Position numbers and translations under genes: made by a program | In this document: one piece after another, positions 27,500 through 37,748 of the stretch | Layout of the letters: each line of letters starts with the position of its first letter | Position numbering within the stretch: position 1 is the stretch's first letter | The notes under the pieces: model-generated | What the model saw: the letters and a program-made list of their open reading frames with translations, nothing else | Told to the model about the DNA's origin: nothing | The model's database searches: none | Source of the DNA: Promethearchaeota archaeon | GTDB lineage: Archaea > Asgardarchaeota > Lokiarchaeia > Sigyniarchaeales > SOKP01 | Assembly (NCBI GenBank): GCA_048940445.1 | Contig: JBHLON010000017.1 | Coordinates: 1,574-65,573 of the forward strand | DNA: 64,000 bases | Reading direction: 5' to 3'

Positions 27500-29488
27500 T
27501 TATGTATTTTTTAAATAATTTTTAGTAAGGTTCTTTTTAGTCATAATTACTATTAATATAGAGACACATAAAGCGAAAATAACAACCGAAATATCATATC
27601 CCGGAATTATTTGCATTTGTTTATTTATGATTGTAATCTCTGTAGTTTCTAAGTAGGTTACACCATATTCAGATAATTGAACAGGGATATTCCCAGAATA
27701 ATAATTCAATACGACTCTATCTGGTGTTTTTTCAACTGGAATTATTATAGAAGTAGTGCCATTAACCCATTTAGAATCATTAAATTCTAAATTCGAACCG
27801 CTATTATAAATCTCAATCGGAATTGGTTGTGAATAACTATATGGGTTTATTTGTTCATTAACATCCTCTATAGTAATGTTTATCAGCTTACTTTGAGCAT
27901 CATATATTACACTTGTAAAGTTATATTTTGGAAGATAAGGATTATCAAACCATGGAAAAAAGAACCAATCAAGCGATGCTCCTACAGCTGTCTCAATCGA
28001 TTGTATAAAATTCTCAAATGTTGCAATTTCAAAATAATAATTATGCGTAAAAAGGGTCAAACCTTCCAGAAATTTATCAAGACCTATTATACGTCGTAAA
28101 TTTTCAAAAATAACTGGAGCCTTTCTATATGCTGTATACCAATAATCGGTACCGCTAGTAAAGCAATCATATACAGATTGATTAATTCTATTTGGTAAAC
28201 CAATATCTAAAGAATAATACCAGATATAATCCATTAACCAATATGGTTCAAAAAGATGCCAAGAGGGATGGAAAAAGTCTTTAGCCCAATCTGTAACCCA
28301 GCATACAATTCCTTCATCTAAAAAGCCCCAATCGACCTCATCTACTCCAACTAAATTATAAAACCATTGATGAGCCACTTCGTGCACTATAACAGTTTCA
28401 AGATATAGCCATGGATTCTTATCTCTATCTGCTGCTTCAGAAGCATAAACTTGACATGGATATTCCATACCGCCATAATGTGTATATTCTTCAACTACAT
28501 TTAATGAAGGATATGGATAATCTCCAAATGTATAGTTATACAAACCACCTGCACTGATGTAATCCATAGCATTAATATGCCATAACCACTCAGATTTTGG
28601 AAGAAAATAAGTAGAAACTGTTACGTTAGTTGTTCCTGCTTTAACCTCAGTAGTTTCTACTATAAAATAACGAGATGCTGAAAATGTCACTTCACGTACG
28701 GGTAACCGAGGGTTATAATGATGGATTGCTCTATCTCCAATAGTAACATTATCAATTAAAGCTCCTGTTGCCGCTACGATCATATTTTTTGGCACATTTA
28801 CAATTAAATCGTAATAAGCCATATCAAAATAGAAGGGATCACCCGTTAAGAGATAGGGATCAGTATTCCACCCATCAAATTCATCATATACACATGGTTG
28901 AGGATAACAATGTGAGAATTTAAAAATGCGAGATTGATTGTGATCCCATCCATACTCATTTGCTCTATCGATTCCTCCATCTGGAATAGTAGTATTGAAA
29001 GATATAATGAAAGAAGTGCGATTTCCAGGTTGTAAATCTTCAGTCAAATTTACCCACATCAACTGAGAACTATTATAGAAATCAAAAAGCAGTCCTTCTT
29101 TAGGATGTTCTACACTGGTTACGTTTAAGATTTCAATATAACCCGGTCTTGTGTCATATTGCATTCCAGAGGGATAAATGTGGAATGGGATCCGAGAAAA
29201 ATTTACAGGATCATTATTATAATAATTAACTGTTAAATTCCCAGCTATAGTAGAAGCATTTTCATTCAAATAAACAGAAAGATTGTAATAAGAGAATTCA
29301 TAACCAGTAAAATTTCCCTTTGAAAAATGATCATAATCTGAAATTGATAAACCGTATTGTCCGTTGTTTTGATCTGTCATTCTAATTATTTGTTTTCCAT
29401 TAAGAGAGAATATGGTTCCTATTAGAAGAGAGGGAATTAAAATGAAAACTAATAATATGAAGAGAATGTTTTGACGAAATTTCATCAA
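27500..29488 (-). CDS. membrane-anchored extracellular M1-family (gluzincin) metallopeptidase
   Basis: 'HEVAH-x18-E' zinc site and 'GGMEYP' (GAMEN-like). N-terminal signal/anchor, many N-x-S/T sequons, and C-terminal 'IPGYD' + TM + Lys-rich tail. Confidence 0.8.
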   Translation of the reverse strand: MMKFRQNILFILLVFILIPSLLIGTIFSLNGKQIIRMTDQNNGQYGLSISDYDHFSKGNFTGYEFSYYNLSVYLNENASTIAGNLTVNYYNNDPVNFSRIPFHIYPSGMQYDTRPGYIEILNVTSVEHPKEGLLFDFYNSSQLMWVNLTEDLQPGNRTSFIISFNTTIPDGGIDRANEYGWDHNQSRIFKFSHCYPQPCVYDEFDGWNTDPYLLTGDPFYFDMAYYDLIVNVPKNMIVAATGALIDNVTIGDRAIHHYNPRLPVREVTFSASRYFIVETTEVKAGTTNVTVSTYFLPKSEWLWHINAMDYISAGGLYNYTFGDYPYPSLNVVEEYTHYGGMEYPCQVYASEAADRDKNPWLYLETVIVHEVAHQWFYNLVGVDEVDWGFLDEGIVCWVTDWAKDFFHPSWHLFEPYWLMDYIWYYSLDIGLPNRINQSVYDCFTSGTDYWYTAYRKAPVIFENLRRIIGLDKFLEGLTLFTHNYYFEIATFENFIQSIETAVGASLDWFFFPWFDNPYLPKYNFTSVIYDAQSKLINITIEDVNEQINPYSYSQPIPIEIYNSGSNLEFNDSKWVNGTTSIIIPVEKTPDRVVLNYYSGNIPVQLSEYGVTYLETTEITIINKQMQIIPGYDISVVIFALCVSILIVIMTKKNLTKNYLKNT

Positions 29489-29677
29489 TTATCACTTTAA
29501 TATTTTTCATTAAATTATTTATACTGGAAAATTAATCGCAAATATATATTAAATTACTATAGACCAATCTTTATATTTTATCACCAAATAATCGAATTAA
29601 ATTAGTGAAAAGATTTATAACAAAGCTTACATAACTTTTTGTCATATACATTTAATAATAATGAAGGGTAAATTCAA

Positions 29678-30076
29678 ATGCCTACACAAATTTTAAAGGG
29701 TTTAAAGATTGTACTTCTTGTGGAATTGGCTGTATGGGTTGTATTTGGAGTATTACTTACATTTTTCATTCAATATTTTGTAACTTGGTTCAATTGGCCT
29801 GATTATGATCCAACAGCAGGGAGATATACAGGAGTAATATTTCTAAGTCTTGCGTTTATTACATTTATAGTTTATAGGGAAAAAGATTGGGAGAGAATTG
29901 AGATATTTATTATCCTTGATATCGTAATTTGTATTACTGGAGGAATTATTCAGCTTCTTGGTGTTTTTCTTGATATTACAAGAAGTACAGGATGGGCAGG
30001 ATGGTTGTTTTTTGGAATACATATGGCGTTCTTTGTACTGATTTTATATTTCTATATTCAGCAACAAAAACAATAG
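29678..30076 (+). CDS. 4-TM membrane protein (hypothetical)
   Basis: 132 aa with four hydrophobic helices. Confidence 0.45.
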   Translation: MPTQILKGLKIVLLVELAVWVVFGVLLTFFIQYFVTWFNWPDYDPTAGRYTGVIFLSLAFITFIVYREKDWERIEIFIILDIVICITGGIIQLLGVFLDITRSTGWAGWLFFGIHMAFFVLILYFYIQQQKQ

Positions 30077-30151
30077 AAATAAATCCTAATATTTTTTATT
30101 ATTTTTTTTTATTTATCTCATTAAAAAACAAATGAATAGCAAATCATATAT

Positions 30152-31069
30152 TTAGTACCAGTCTAAATAATGACTTGCCATTGGATTTTTATCTGTACAC
30201 TGAACTCCAAATTGACATAACTCACAGCCCACAGGAAAGTTATGTGCTTTAAATTTCCAATTAACACGTCGAGTATATGATTTAAGAATTGACTTGAGGC
30301 GCGGTACCATTTCTCTTGCAACTTTATTTCTGTACTTATTGCATTTTGTTGCGTCATAACCTTTTTCTGTAATTGCATTAGCCGGACATTTTTTAGCACA
30401 TTCTCTGCAAGTTGCTTTAGCGTAATAAAGGCAATTTGCATAAAGTTCATCACTTTTTCTAAGGGTTACTTGAAGTGGGGCGTTTGTAATCACTGAAGCT
30501 AATCGAACGTTACAACCAGCTTCAGTAATAATTCCTTCATGTAAGCCAAAAGTTCCTAAACCTGCAGCAAAAGCTATATGGTTTTCTGACCAGGTTGAAT
30601 AAAAGTTTTTTTTAGCTATCAAGGTATAAGCCTCGCTAAGTTTTCCAGAAATTGCGTTATAACCTTGACTTTTGAAAAAGTCGATAGTTTGTTCTATAAT
30701 ATAGTTTCTAAAATCCTTACCAAAATTTCTTGCTACAGAATATATTTCAGCAGGTAATATGATCTTTGGTAATGAAATTGGATTGCTAGCCTCATTTCGA
30801 ATCATATCTTCAAAAGGGAATATTATAGATACAATATTTAAATTAGATATAGGTATTTGTTTCTCCCCACTTGCTAACCACATTTCTAAAGGAGTGAGAT
30901 GCTCGGGACCCACTATTTCTTTAAATTTAAAGAAAATTGAATCATCACCACGAGCGACACCTACTAAAGGGTGAGAGAAAATATTTCCATTTCCAAATTT
31001 CTCTGGAAGATGATTGAGATTACTCTCTTCGAATTTGGTTTTTAAGAACTCTAAAAGGATTTCATTCAA
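30152..31069 (-). CDS. 4Fe-4S protein of the epoxyqueuosine reductase (QueG) / reductive-dehalogenase superfamily
   Basis: 'AFAAGLGTFGLHEGIITEAGCNVRLASVITNAPL' followed by 'CRECAKKCPANAI' and 'CELCQFGVQC'. Confidence 0.5.
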   Translation of the reverse strand: MNEILLEFLKTKFEESNLNHLPEKFGNGNIFSHPLVGVARGDDSIFFKFKEIVGPEHLTPLEMWLASGEKQIPISNLNIVSIIFPFEDMIRNEASNPISLPKIILPAEIYSVARNFGKDFRNYIIEQTIDFFKSQGYNAISGKLSEAYTLIAKKNFYSTWSENHIAFAAGLGTFGLHEGIITEAGCNVRLASVITNAPLQVTLRKSDELYANCLYYAKATCRECAKKCPANAITEKGYDATKCNKYRNKVAREMVPRLKSILKSYTRRVNWKFKAHNFPVGCELCQFGVQCTDKNPMASHYLDWY

Positions 31070-31148
31070 AATTAATCGAAAAATTTTTTATGTTTTTGTA
31101 TAATAGTGTCAATTTTTTATTTATTTTTTACTCATTGAAAACTCGTTT

Positions 31149-31607
31149 TTAACTTACATTTTTATACATGAAGTATTCTTCTCCATTTTTCAGTTGGGAT
31201 TTAATTACATTTCTAATAACTAAATCATGCATAAATGCTTCCAAGATACCTTCATCTATTTCAAATTGACTTTCAATATAAACTCTTTTCAACAAAGCAT
31301 TTATAGTATAAGCCTTCCCTTCATTCTGTTTTAAGTAATTAATAATATTATCTATTACTTCTCTTAGAAGTTCTCGATTAGATACTTTACCTTTAGTAAA
31401 ATGAGCAACTATTCGAATTATTACTCCAATTATAAATAGTAGGGCGCCAATGAGGAGCATAATCCCCGCAAAAATTCTTATAGGTTTCAAAGTTGATGTA
31501 AAAGGATAGACTGGGGCAGGGAGACTTATTAGTAAAAAAAACCCTATTATAATAAAATTTATCCCTATTATTGTTAATATCATTCCGAAAAGATTTAATG
31601 GTCTCAT
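31149..31607 (-). CDS. 2-TM protein with cytoplasmic winged-helix-like C-terminus (hypothetical)
   Basis: 152 aa. Two N-terminal TM helices and a helical C-terminal domain. Confidence 0.4.
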   Translation of the reverse strand: MRPLNLFGMILTIIGINFIIIGFFLLISLPAPVYPFTSTLKPIRIFAGIMLLIGALLFIIGVIIRIVAHFTKGKVSNRELLREVIDNIINYLKQNEGKAYTINALLKRVYIESQFEIDEGILEAFMHDLVIRNVIKSQLKNGEEYFMYKNVS

Positions 31608-31802
31608 TTCAAATTTTCTTCTTTTAGAATAAATAATAATTTGTCTGGACTCTTAAGATCTTTAAAAAAATCATGATATAAAAATTAATCCTTTGATAAT
31701 TGGATTTTAAAAGATTTAAATTAAAAATTATTATAACACAAATCTATTTTTAAAATCAAAACTTATGATTAATGTATCTTCAAAATAAAAAAGTGAATTA
31801 GG

Positions 31803-32450
31803 ATGGCTGATAAAGCTAATAATCAAGTTGAAGTAAATGGGAAAGCGAAAGAAATTCTTTTCCGAGCTATGGAATTAATGATGAAAAATCTTGAAGATAA
31901 TATGATCCATCTTAAAAAGAACAAATACTTCATGCATACCCAAAGATTCATAGATTACCTCTATGATGCTCTTATAAATAAACGGAAATTATTTCTACTT
32001 GCTAGTGGACGTTCCGCCTTTATTTTACAATGCTTTGCAACACGTTTAGTACATTTAGGAGCTGATGTATATATGGTGACAAACCTAGCTTCAATTCCTG
32101 CACTTACAATTAATGACTTATTAATAATTCTCTCAGGATCAGGAACAACAGAGATTGTTATATCTCTATTGAAAAATTATGTAAATTCCGTGAAACCTCG
32201 TTGCATAATATCGATAACATCTCATCCTGAATCAATTGTTGGGAGAGTTTCTGATGTCACAATTAAGTTAAAAGGTAGAACCAAACGTGATAAAGTCGAT
32301 CGTCATGATGATACTGCTTTACTAACTCCTGAAGGCACCAATTTTGAGATCGCATCTTTTGTATATTTAGATTCAATTATAGCTGAATTAGCTATTAAAA
32401 TGGGAAAAACTAATGAAGATTTACTTAAAAGACACGCAGAATCTATATAA
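31803..32450 (+). CDS. SIS-domain sugar-phosphate isomerase (6-phospho-3-hexuloisomerase-like)
   Basis: 'LFLLASGRSAFI' and 'LLIILSGSGTTE' SIS motifs. Confidence 0.6.
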   Translation: MADKANNQVEVNGKAKEILFRAMELMMKNLEDNMIHLKKNKYFMHTQRFIDYLYDALINKRKLFLLASGRSAFILQCFATRLVHLGADVYMVTNLASIPALTINDLLIILSGSGTTEIVISLLKNYVNSVKPRCIISITSHPESIVGRVSDVTIKLKGRTKRDKVDRHDDTALLTPEGTNFEIASFVYLDSIIAELAIKMGKTNEDLLKRHAESI

Positions 32451-32601
32451 AATAAATTAATTTTTTAAGAAATATTTAAGTTTATGAATTTCTTCACTTT
32501 AATAGTGCCCATTTATAGTGTTTCTAAGAGTATTATTTTAATAATTTCGATGAATAGAGATCTCCAAATGGGCACACAACTTTAATTATAATTTAAGTAA
32601 A

Positions 32602-33495
32602 TTAAAAAAGAAGCGCTCCTATTGCTCCATTAAATTCAGAATTTTCTATAATTAATAATCTCAGTCCATTTATCTTACAAATCATTTTAAGAATCTTTAC
32701 TAAAACAGTATTATTAATCAAAAATCCCCCACAAAACACAAGAGTTCCGATCTTATTGATTTTAGCGTAAATAGAAGCTAGAGAACCAATATTTTCACCT
32801 ATAAGACAAATTAATGAATTTAATATATCATCTTTTTTCAATAAGTTCAAGTTAATATCTTTAGTAATCTTTCCAAGAGAGGAAGCTGTAAACTCTCTAA
32901 ATAAAATATCTACTCTCTTATCTTGGGCATCGTAAATATCTTTTACTCTTAAGTCAACATTATATCGATTTCCTTTCTTAGCAAGGTCAATTGCTTGCTG
33001 ATAATTATTGATATTAAATAAAAGTCTAATAATAGCCATAAAGAATCCTCCACCAAGAGCAGTTCCTCCTATGTGTTTAACAGTATCATTCTTTAATATA
33101 AATGATGTACCTGTACCGATTGTAATAATAAGAGAACTAGGTAAAGATTTCTTTTTGTTAGATTGGAATATAAAATCCAGCCCTTTTATATTTGCTTCAA
33201 ATTCATCAACTAATTTACATTGATAAGAATTTTCATACTTTTTAAAAAGTTTAAAAGCTTTTCCTCCTGTGAAATTAAAATATTTATTATTCGCTCTCAA
33301 TGTTTCAATAAATTCTAAAATGTGTCCCAAATCATCTCTTGTATCACTAATTGATAAAACTAACGTTTCTTCTTCTAAAAATGCGATCTTAGTGAGACTT
33401 TGACCAATATCAATTCCAACTTTTTCAGATAGATCCTGTTTCTCAGAAGGAGATAATATGGTATTGATTTTAATTTGTTTAAAAATAATGTTCAC
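32602..33495 (-). CDS. type II (eukaryotic/Staphylococcus-type) pantothenate kinase
   Basis: 'VGIDIGQSLTKIA', 'ITIGTGTSFIL', 'IGGTALGGGFF' and C-terminal 'ENSEFNGAIGALL' parallel S. aureus CoaW / fumble-family motifs. Confidence 0.8.
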   Translation of the reverse strand: MNIIFKQIKINTILSPSEKQDLSEKVGIDIGQSLTKIAFLEEETLVLSISDTRDDLGHILEFIETLRANNKYFNFTGGKAFKLFKKYENSYQCKLVDEFEANIKGLDFIFQSNKKKSLPSSLIITIGTGTSFILKNDTVKHIGGTALGGGFFMAIIRLLFNINNYQQAIDLAKKGNRYNVDLRVKDIYDAQDKRVDILFREFTASSLGKITKDINLNLLKKDDILNSLICLIGENIGSLASIYAKINKIGTLVFCGGFLINNTVLVKILKMICKINGLRLLIIENSEFNGAIGALLF

Positions 33496-33554
33496 CTAAA
33501 GAGAATTTAATTAAAGTATAATTAACTATATAATTTTAACAATTTATTGTATTA

Positions 33555-35006
33555 ATGAATTTTCCATTAAAATCTATAATGAATGATAATCTAACTTCTT
33601 CTGAAATTGCATCAGTAGCAATAATTAAAGGTAATACCCCAAAAGAATCTGTTTTAGAAGGAATTGCAAAATTAGGCGGGATTTCAAAATTCATTAATAA
33701 AGGGGATAGCGTATTTATTAAGATTAATCTTAAGAAACCTAATGGATCTCCTACCAATACAAATTTAGATGTAATTAATGCAGTTATTTCTCTATGTAAA
33801 AATGCTGAAGCTAGAGAAATAATCGTTGGTAGTTTTCCAGTAAAACATATTAGAACTAAAGATCTTGTTGAAACTTTAGGTCTAGAAAGATTGTTTGAAA
33901 AATTTGGAGCAAAACTATTATTATTGGATAATAATGAAGAATATTCTCATAAGATAATTCAAGTTGGAGGCAAAGAATTTAAAGTACCTTCGGAAATTTT
34001 AGAATCTGATAAGATGATTTCTATTAATCAAGTAAATGTAGATCCTATTTTTACTTGTACTTTGGGGTTACTCAATTCCTATTCAATCGTTTCTAGTGAA
34101 TATCGAAAAATCACAAATATGAAAGGAGAAAAAGATTATCTAAGATATGATTATTATAAGAAAGAGCTTATTTACAACATTTTAGATGTTTTTACCATAA
34201 AAAAACCGCAGTTAATAATAAATGATCTGTTCTATTCGCTGGAAAGCGCTGGGCCATTCATTTATAAAGACTCAAATCTAAAAGAAACAGGTTTTATGGT
34301 CATAGGGAATGATACTGTGGCGGTTGATGTAACCACATTAAATCTATTAAACCTAGATTATGAGAATCACCCTCTTTTATTGGAAGCTCGAATTAGGAAA
34401 ATTGGTATAACAAATCCATCGGATATAAAAGTCATTGGTGAAAATCTAAATAACAAGCGATTAAAATTTAAGACTTGTGCGTCTAGTTTACAGGATATAG
34501 AAGTGTTTAATACAGATATCAAAAAAGGTCAAATGTGTTCGGGGTGCTTCAATCAAGCTTATCACTTATTAAATTTAATGAAGTCAAATATGACTAAGGA
34601 TTTAAAGTATATCATACAACAATCTTTCTTAATAGGAGAAAAACCAGAGGAACCAGAATCACCAGATAATCTCCTGATTTTTGGAGATTGTGCAATTAAT
34701 AGTACAAAAAATCGTAGTTTTAGAATATTGATTATCCAAAAACGAGAGAATTTAATTAAAAGTCTTACCAGAAAAATAAAAGGCAAAGAGAAAAAAGATA
34801 CTAAACAAAAAACTAAGATGGTTCCAAATAAAAAGATTCTTGAATTACCAGGCTGTCCTCCAGATATCTTACAATCAATTTATTCTATAATTAAGTTTTA
34901 CAGTCAAGATGATGTTCCGGGATTGAATCTATATTATCATTTAATAGATTCATTTACCAATCTTAAGGAGATTGAAGCTAATGAAAAGGAGGGAAGAAAA
35001 TCGTAA
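33555..35006 (+). CDS. DUF362 domain protein with long Lys-rich C-terminal extension
   Basis: 'GDSVFIKINLKKPNGSPTNTNLDVINAVISLC...IIVGS' matches the DUF362 N-terminal pattern. 'CSGC' and 'FGDCAIN' cysteines. Confidence 0.5.
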   Translation: MNFPLKSIMNDNLTSSEIASVAIIKGNTPKESVLEGIAKLGGISKFINKGDSVFIKINLKKPNGSPTNTNLDVINAVISLCKNAEAREIIVGSFPVKHIRTKDLVETLGLERLFEKFGAKLLLLDNNEEYSHKIIQVGGKEFKVPSEILESDKMISINQVNVDPIFTCTLGLLNSYSIVSSEYRKITNMKGEKDYLRYDYYKKELIYNILDVFTIKKPQLIINDLFYSLESAGPFIYKDSNLKETGFMVIGNDTVAVDVTTLNLLNLDYENHPLLLEARIRKIGITNPSDIKVIGENLNNKRLKFKTCASSLQDIEVFNTDIKKGQMCSGCFNQAYHLLNLMKSNMTKDLKYIIQQSFLIGEKPEEPESPDNLLIFGDCAINSTKNRSFRILIIQKRENLIKSLTRKIKGKEKKDTKQKTKMVPNKKILELPGCPPDILQSIYSIIKFYSQDDVPGLNLYYHLIDSFTNLKEIEANEKEGRKS

Positions 35007-36536
35007 ATGATCAATAATTATTTTCAAAATAACTGGAAGAAAATTTTGAATTTTAATTCAAAAATAAATTTAGTAGAAAATCCAGAAGATTTATCAGAAC
35101 AAGTTAGGATTCCCTTTACACCCATTAATATTGAAGGATATTTACTATATTATTTATTTAACCTTCTCTATCCTAAATTTATCAATGATCAACAAAATAT
35201 ATTAGATTTAATAATTTCCGATTATGATATTGAGAATAAAATCCTAGCTATATACCTATATATCACTAAAAATGCAGGAATCCATGAATCAGTCGAGTTG
35301 CTACCTAAAGATTTGTTTAAAGTGGATCAAAGCGATCTTAAAGATTTAGACAATTTATATAATAAAATACAATCTCAAATCCTTGAACAGAAGCAAATTA
35401 AAGTTTCCTTGATCAGAATTTTTAAAAAAAGAGGAATAGATTTAATAAATACCTATTGTAGTAATTTAGAGAAAACTCCTAATTTAGATTTTATAATTTT
35501 CTTCTTAGATTTATTTCAAAAATTAATTCAAGAGGACTTAATCTATCTTCTCCCTGAACCGAATATCTTGTCATTTTTTAAAGGTATTTTCAATATATTT
35601 AGCAATTTTAAAGTATCACAATTGGGGCAATTAATTAAAATATTGCTGCCAGATTTTATTACAACTGTGGTTTTTCACTCTGAAGAATTAACTTTTCTTT
35701 CTATAATCAATAAAACAAATAATTCTGAAATTTCTATTGACTTGAAAACAATTAATGAGTTAAATTTAGAACTTACTGATCATTTATCAAAAGATAGATT
35801 ACAAATAATTCAAAAGAAGTGTAATTCTGAAAGTATATTTAGTTTTAGACAAGAACAATTGCTAGAGTTATTCCTTGAATTAGTAGACTTACAATTTCCA
35901 ATAAAAAAAGAATATTTTAAGTTGATGCTTCAAAAAATTATATTTGGGATAAGATCATTTGAAATTCACTGGAATCTTCTACCACGTCCCAAGATTTATA
36001 ATACTTTAATTAGGTTTCTATTACGATTAATTGGACTAAATATCAATTTTAAAAAATTTTCTCATTGGGCAATTCCAGACTTTCTCTTTAATATATTCGA
36101 TACCTATTTTGGTTTAAATTCTAATGTATTAATCATTTTAACAGATGATAATAAGATTTTCACTAAAAATTTTCTGATGTTAGAGATTTATAATAGTTCT
36201 TTAATAAAAACTAGGCTAATTGATAACTCAGAATTTAGTAAAAATAAAATCGAATCTCTTGAACCAATTAAGTACCATATCTTGGAAAAATACGGTTGTT
36301 TTCCAATTATTATAAAAGTTGATAAGGCGCTAATCCAAAAGATCATGAGATGTTTCTTTTTTAAATATTATAAGATCAAACCATTATCTCTTTTGAGCAT
36401 AGTCAAAATGATCAAGAAAGACGAATTTTTTCAAATTACTCCAAAATTACCTCCCTATCAATTATTAAAAAGAAAAGGGCCTTTTTCTCTTTTAAAGCTG
36501 TTGCTCTCTATAGTAATTGACAAACATGAATTTTAA
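35007..36536 (+). CDS. hypothetical protein (509 aa), start directly abuts the DUF362 stop
   Basis: Long ORF with coding-like composition. I recognise no motif. Confidence 0.45.
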   Translation: MINNYFQNNWKKILNFNSKINLVENPEDLSEQVRIPFTPINIEGYLLYYLFNLLYPKFINDQQNILDLIISDYDIENKILAIYLYITKNAGIHESVELLPKDLFKVDQSDLKDLDNLYNKIQSQILEQKQIKVSLIRIFKKRGIDLINTYCSNLEKTPNLDFIIFFLDLFQKLIQEDLIYLLPEPNILSFFKGIFNIFSNFKVSQLGQLIKILLPDFITTVVFHSEELTFLSIINKTNNSEISIDLKTINELNLELTDHLSKDRLQIIQKKCNSESIFSFRQEQLLELFLELVDLQFPIKKEYFKLMLQKIIFGIRSFEIHWNLLPRPKIYNTLIRFLLRLIGLNINFKKFSHWAIPDFLFNIFDTYFGLNSNVLIILTDDNKIFTKNFLMLEIYNSSLIKTRLIDNSEFSKNKIESLEPIKYHILEKYGCFPIIIKVDKALIQKIMRCFFFKYYKIKPLSLLSIVKMIKKDEFFQITPKLPPYQLLKRKGPFSLLKLLLSIVIDKHEF

Positions 36537-36553
36537 CAGTCTTGTTTTATCAA

Positions 36554-37642
36554 TTAATTTAATAGTCCTTTCACTTTTAGTAATTCAGCAATTAAAATAG
36601 CTCCACCAGCAGCACCTCTTATGGTATTATGACTCAAAGCTATAAATTTGAAATCAAAAATATTATCCTCTCGTAATCTTCCTATAGTAACTGCCATTCC
36701 TTTTTCATTGTCTCTATCTTTTTTTGGTTGAGGTCTATCATTTTCTCGAAGATATATAATTGGTCTTTGGGGAGCAAATGGTAAATCTAAATCTTGCGGG
36801 AGCGATCTAAAAGTTGACCAAATCTTTATTATCTCATCTTTATTTGGCACTGTATTCTTGAATTTTAAATTTATAGATGCAACATGACCATCACTTACAG
36901 GTACTCTGGTACAAGTTGCACTAATTTGAATTGATTCATTATTCTCTATCCCATTAATTCCTATAGAACCTAATATCTTAGCAGATTCATTCTCGGTTTT
37001 AGCTTCCTCACCATTGATGAAAGGTACAATGTTATCTACTATATCTAATGAAGGAACTCCTGGATATCCTGCTCCTGAAACTGCTTGTAAAGTAGTAATA
37101 ATCAATTTATCAACTTTATATCCTGATTGCTCTAGAGCATAAATTGGGGTAACAAAACTCTGAATTGAACAATTTGGTTTTACAACTACAAAACCCTTAT
37201 GTAAATTTCGATTTTTTTGCTGAATTGGAATCAGGTTTATATGCTCATGATTTACTTCAGGAATTATCATTGGGACATCAGATGTCCATCTATTAGCAGA
37301 ACTATTACTTATTACAGGAATTCCTTTGTTAGCATACTCAAATTCAATCTCACATATTTCTTGTTTATCCGGCAAATCCATAGCAGAAAACACAAAATTC
37401 AAGTTTGACGCAATAGAATTAAAATCCTGTGCATCTCTAACTATTAAATTCTTCAAATTATCTGGTATCTCTATTGCCATTTGCCACTTTTGATCTGTTG
37501 CTTCTTCATAAGTTTTTCCAGCTGAACGTGGTGAAGCTGCTACATCTACAACTTGAAACCAAGGATGATTTTCTAATAATTTGATATAATTTTGTCCTAC
37601 TATGCCAGTAGCTCCTAATATTCCTACTCTTAATTTTTCCAT
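36554..37642 (-). CDS. asd: aspartate-semialdehyde dehydrogenase (archaeal/fungal type)
   Basis: 'RVGILGATGIVGQ' NADP fold, 'VKPNCSIQSF' active-site Cys and 'SHNTIRGAAGG'. Confidence 0.85.
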   Translation of the reverse strand: MEKLRVGILGATGIVGQNYIKLLENHPWFQVVDVAASPRSAGKTYEEATDQKWQMAIEIPDNLKNLIVRDAQDFNSIASNLNFVFSAMDLPDKQEICEIEFEYANKGIPVISNSSANRWTSDVPMIIPEVNHEHINLIPIQQKNRNLHKGFVVVKPNCSIQSFVTPIYALEQSGYKVDKLIITTLQAVSGAGYPGVPSLDIVDNIVPFINGEEAKTENESAKILGSIGINGIENNESIQISATCTRVPVSDGHVASINLKFKNTVPNKDEIIKIWSTFRSLPQDLDLPFAPQRPIIYLRENDRPQPKKDRDNEKGMAVTIGRLREDNIFDFKFIALSHNTIRGAAGGAILIAELLKVKGLLN

Positions 37643-37748
37643 AAGTTTTATCTTGTAATGGGTTTGAAATTTTTTAATTTATTTATATTAAATAATTTTA
37701 TTAAAAAATTTGGTTTTAGAATTATTATAGACAAATCGAAAAAACTTA

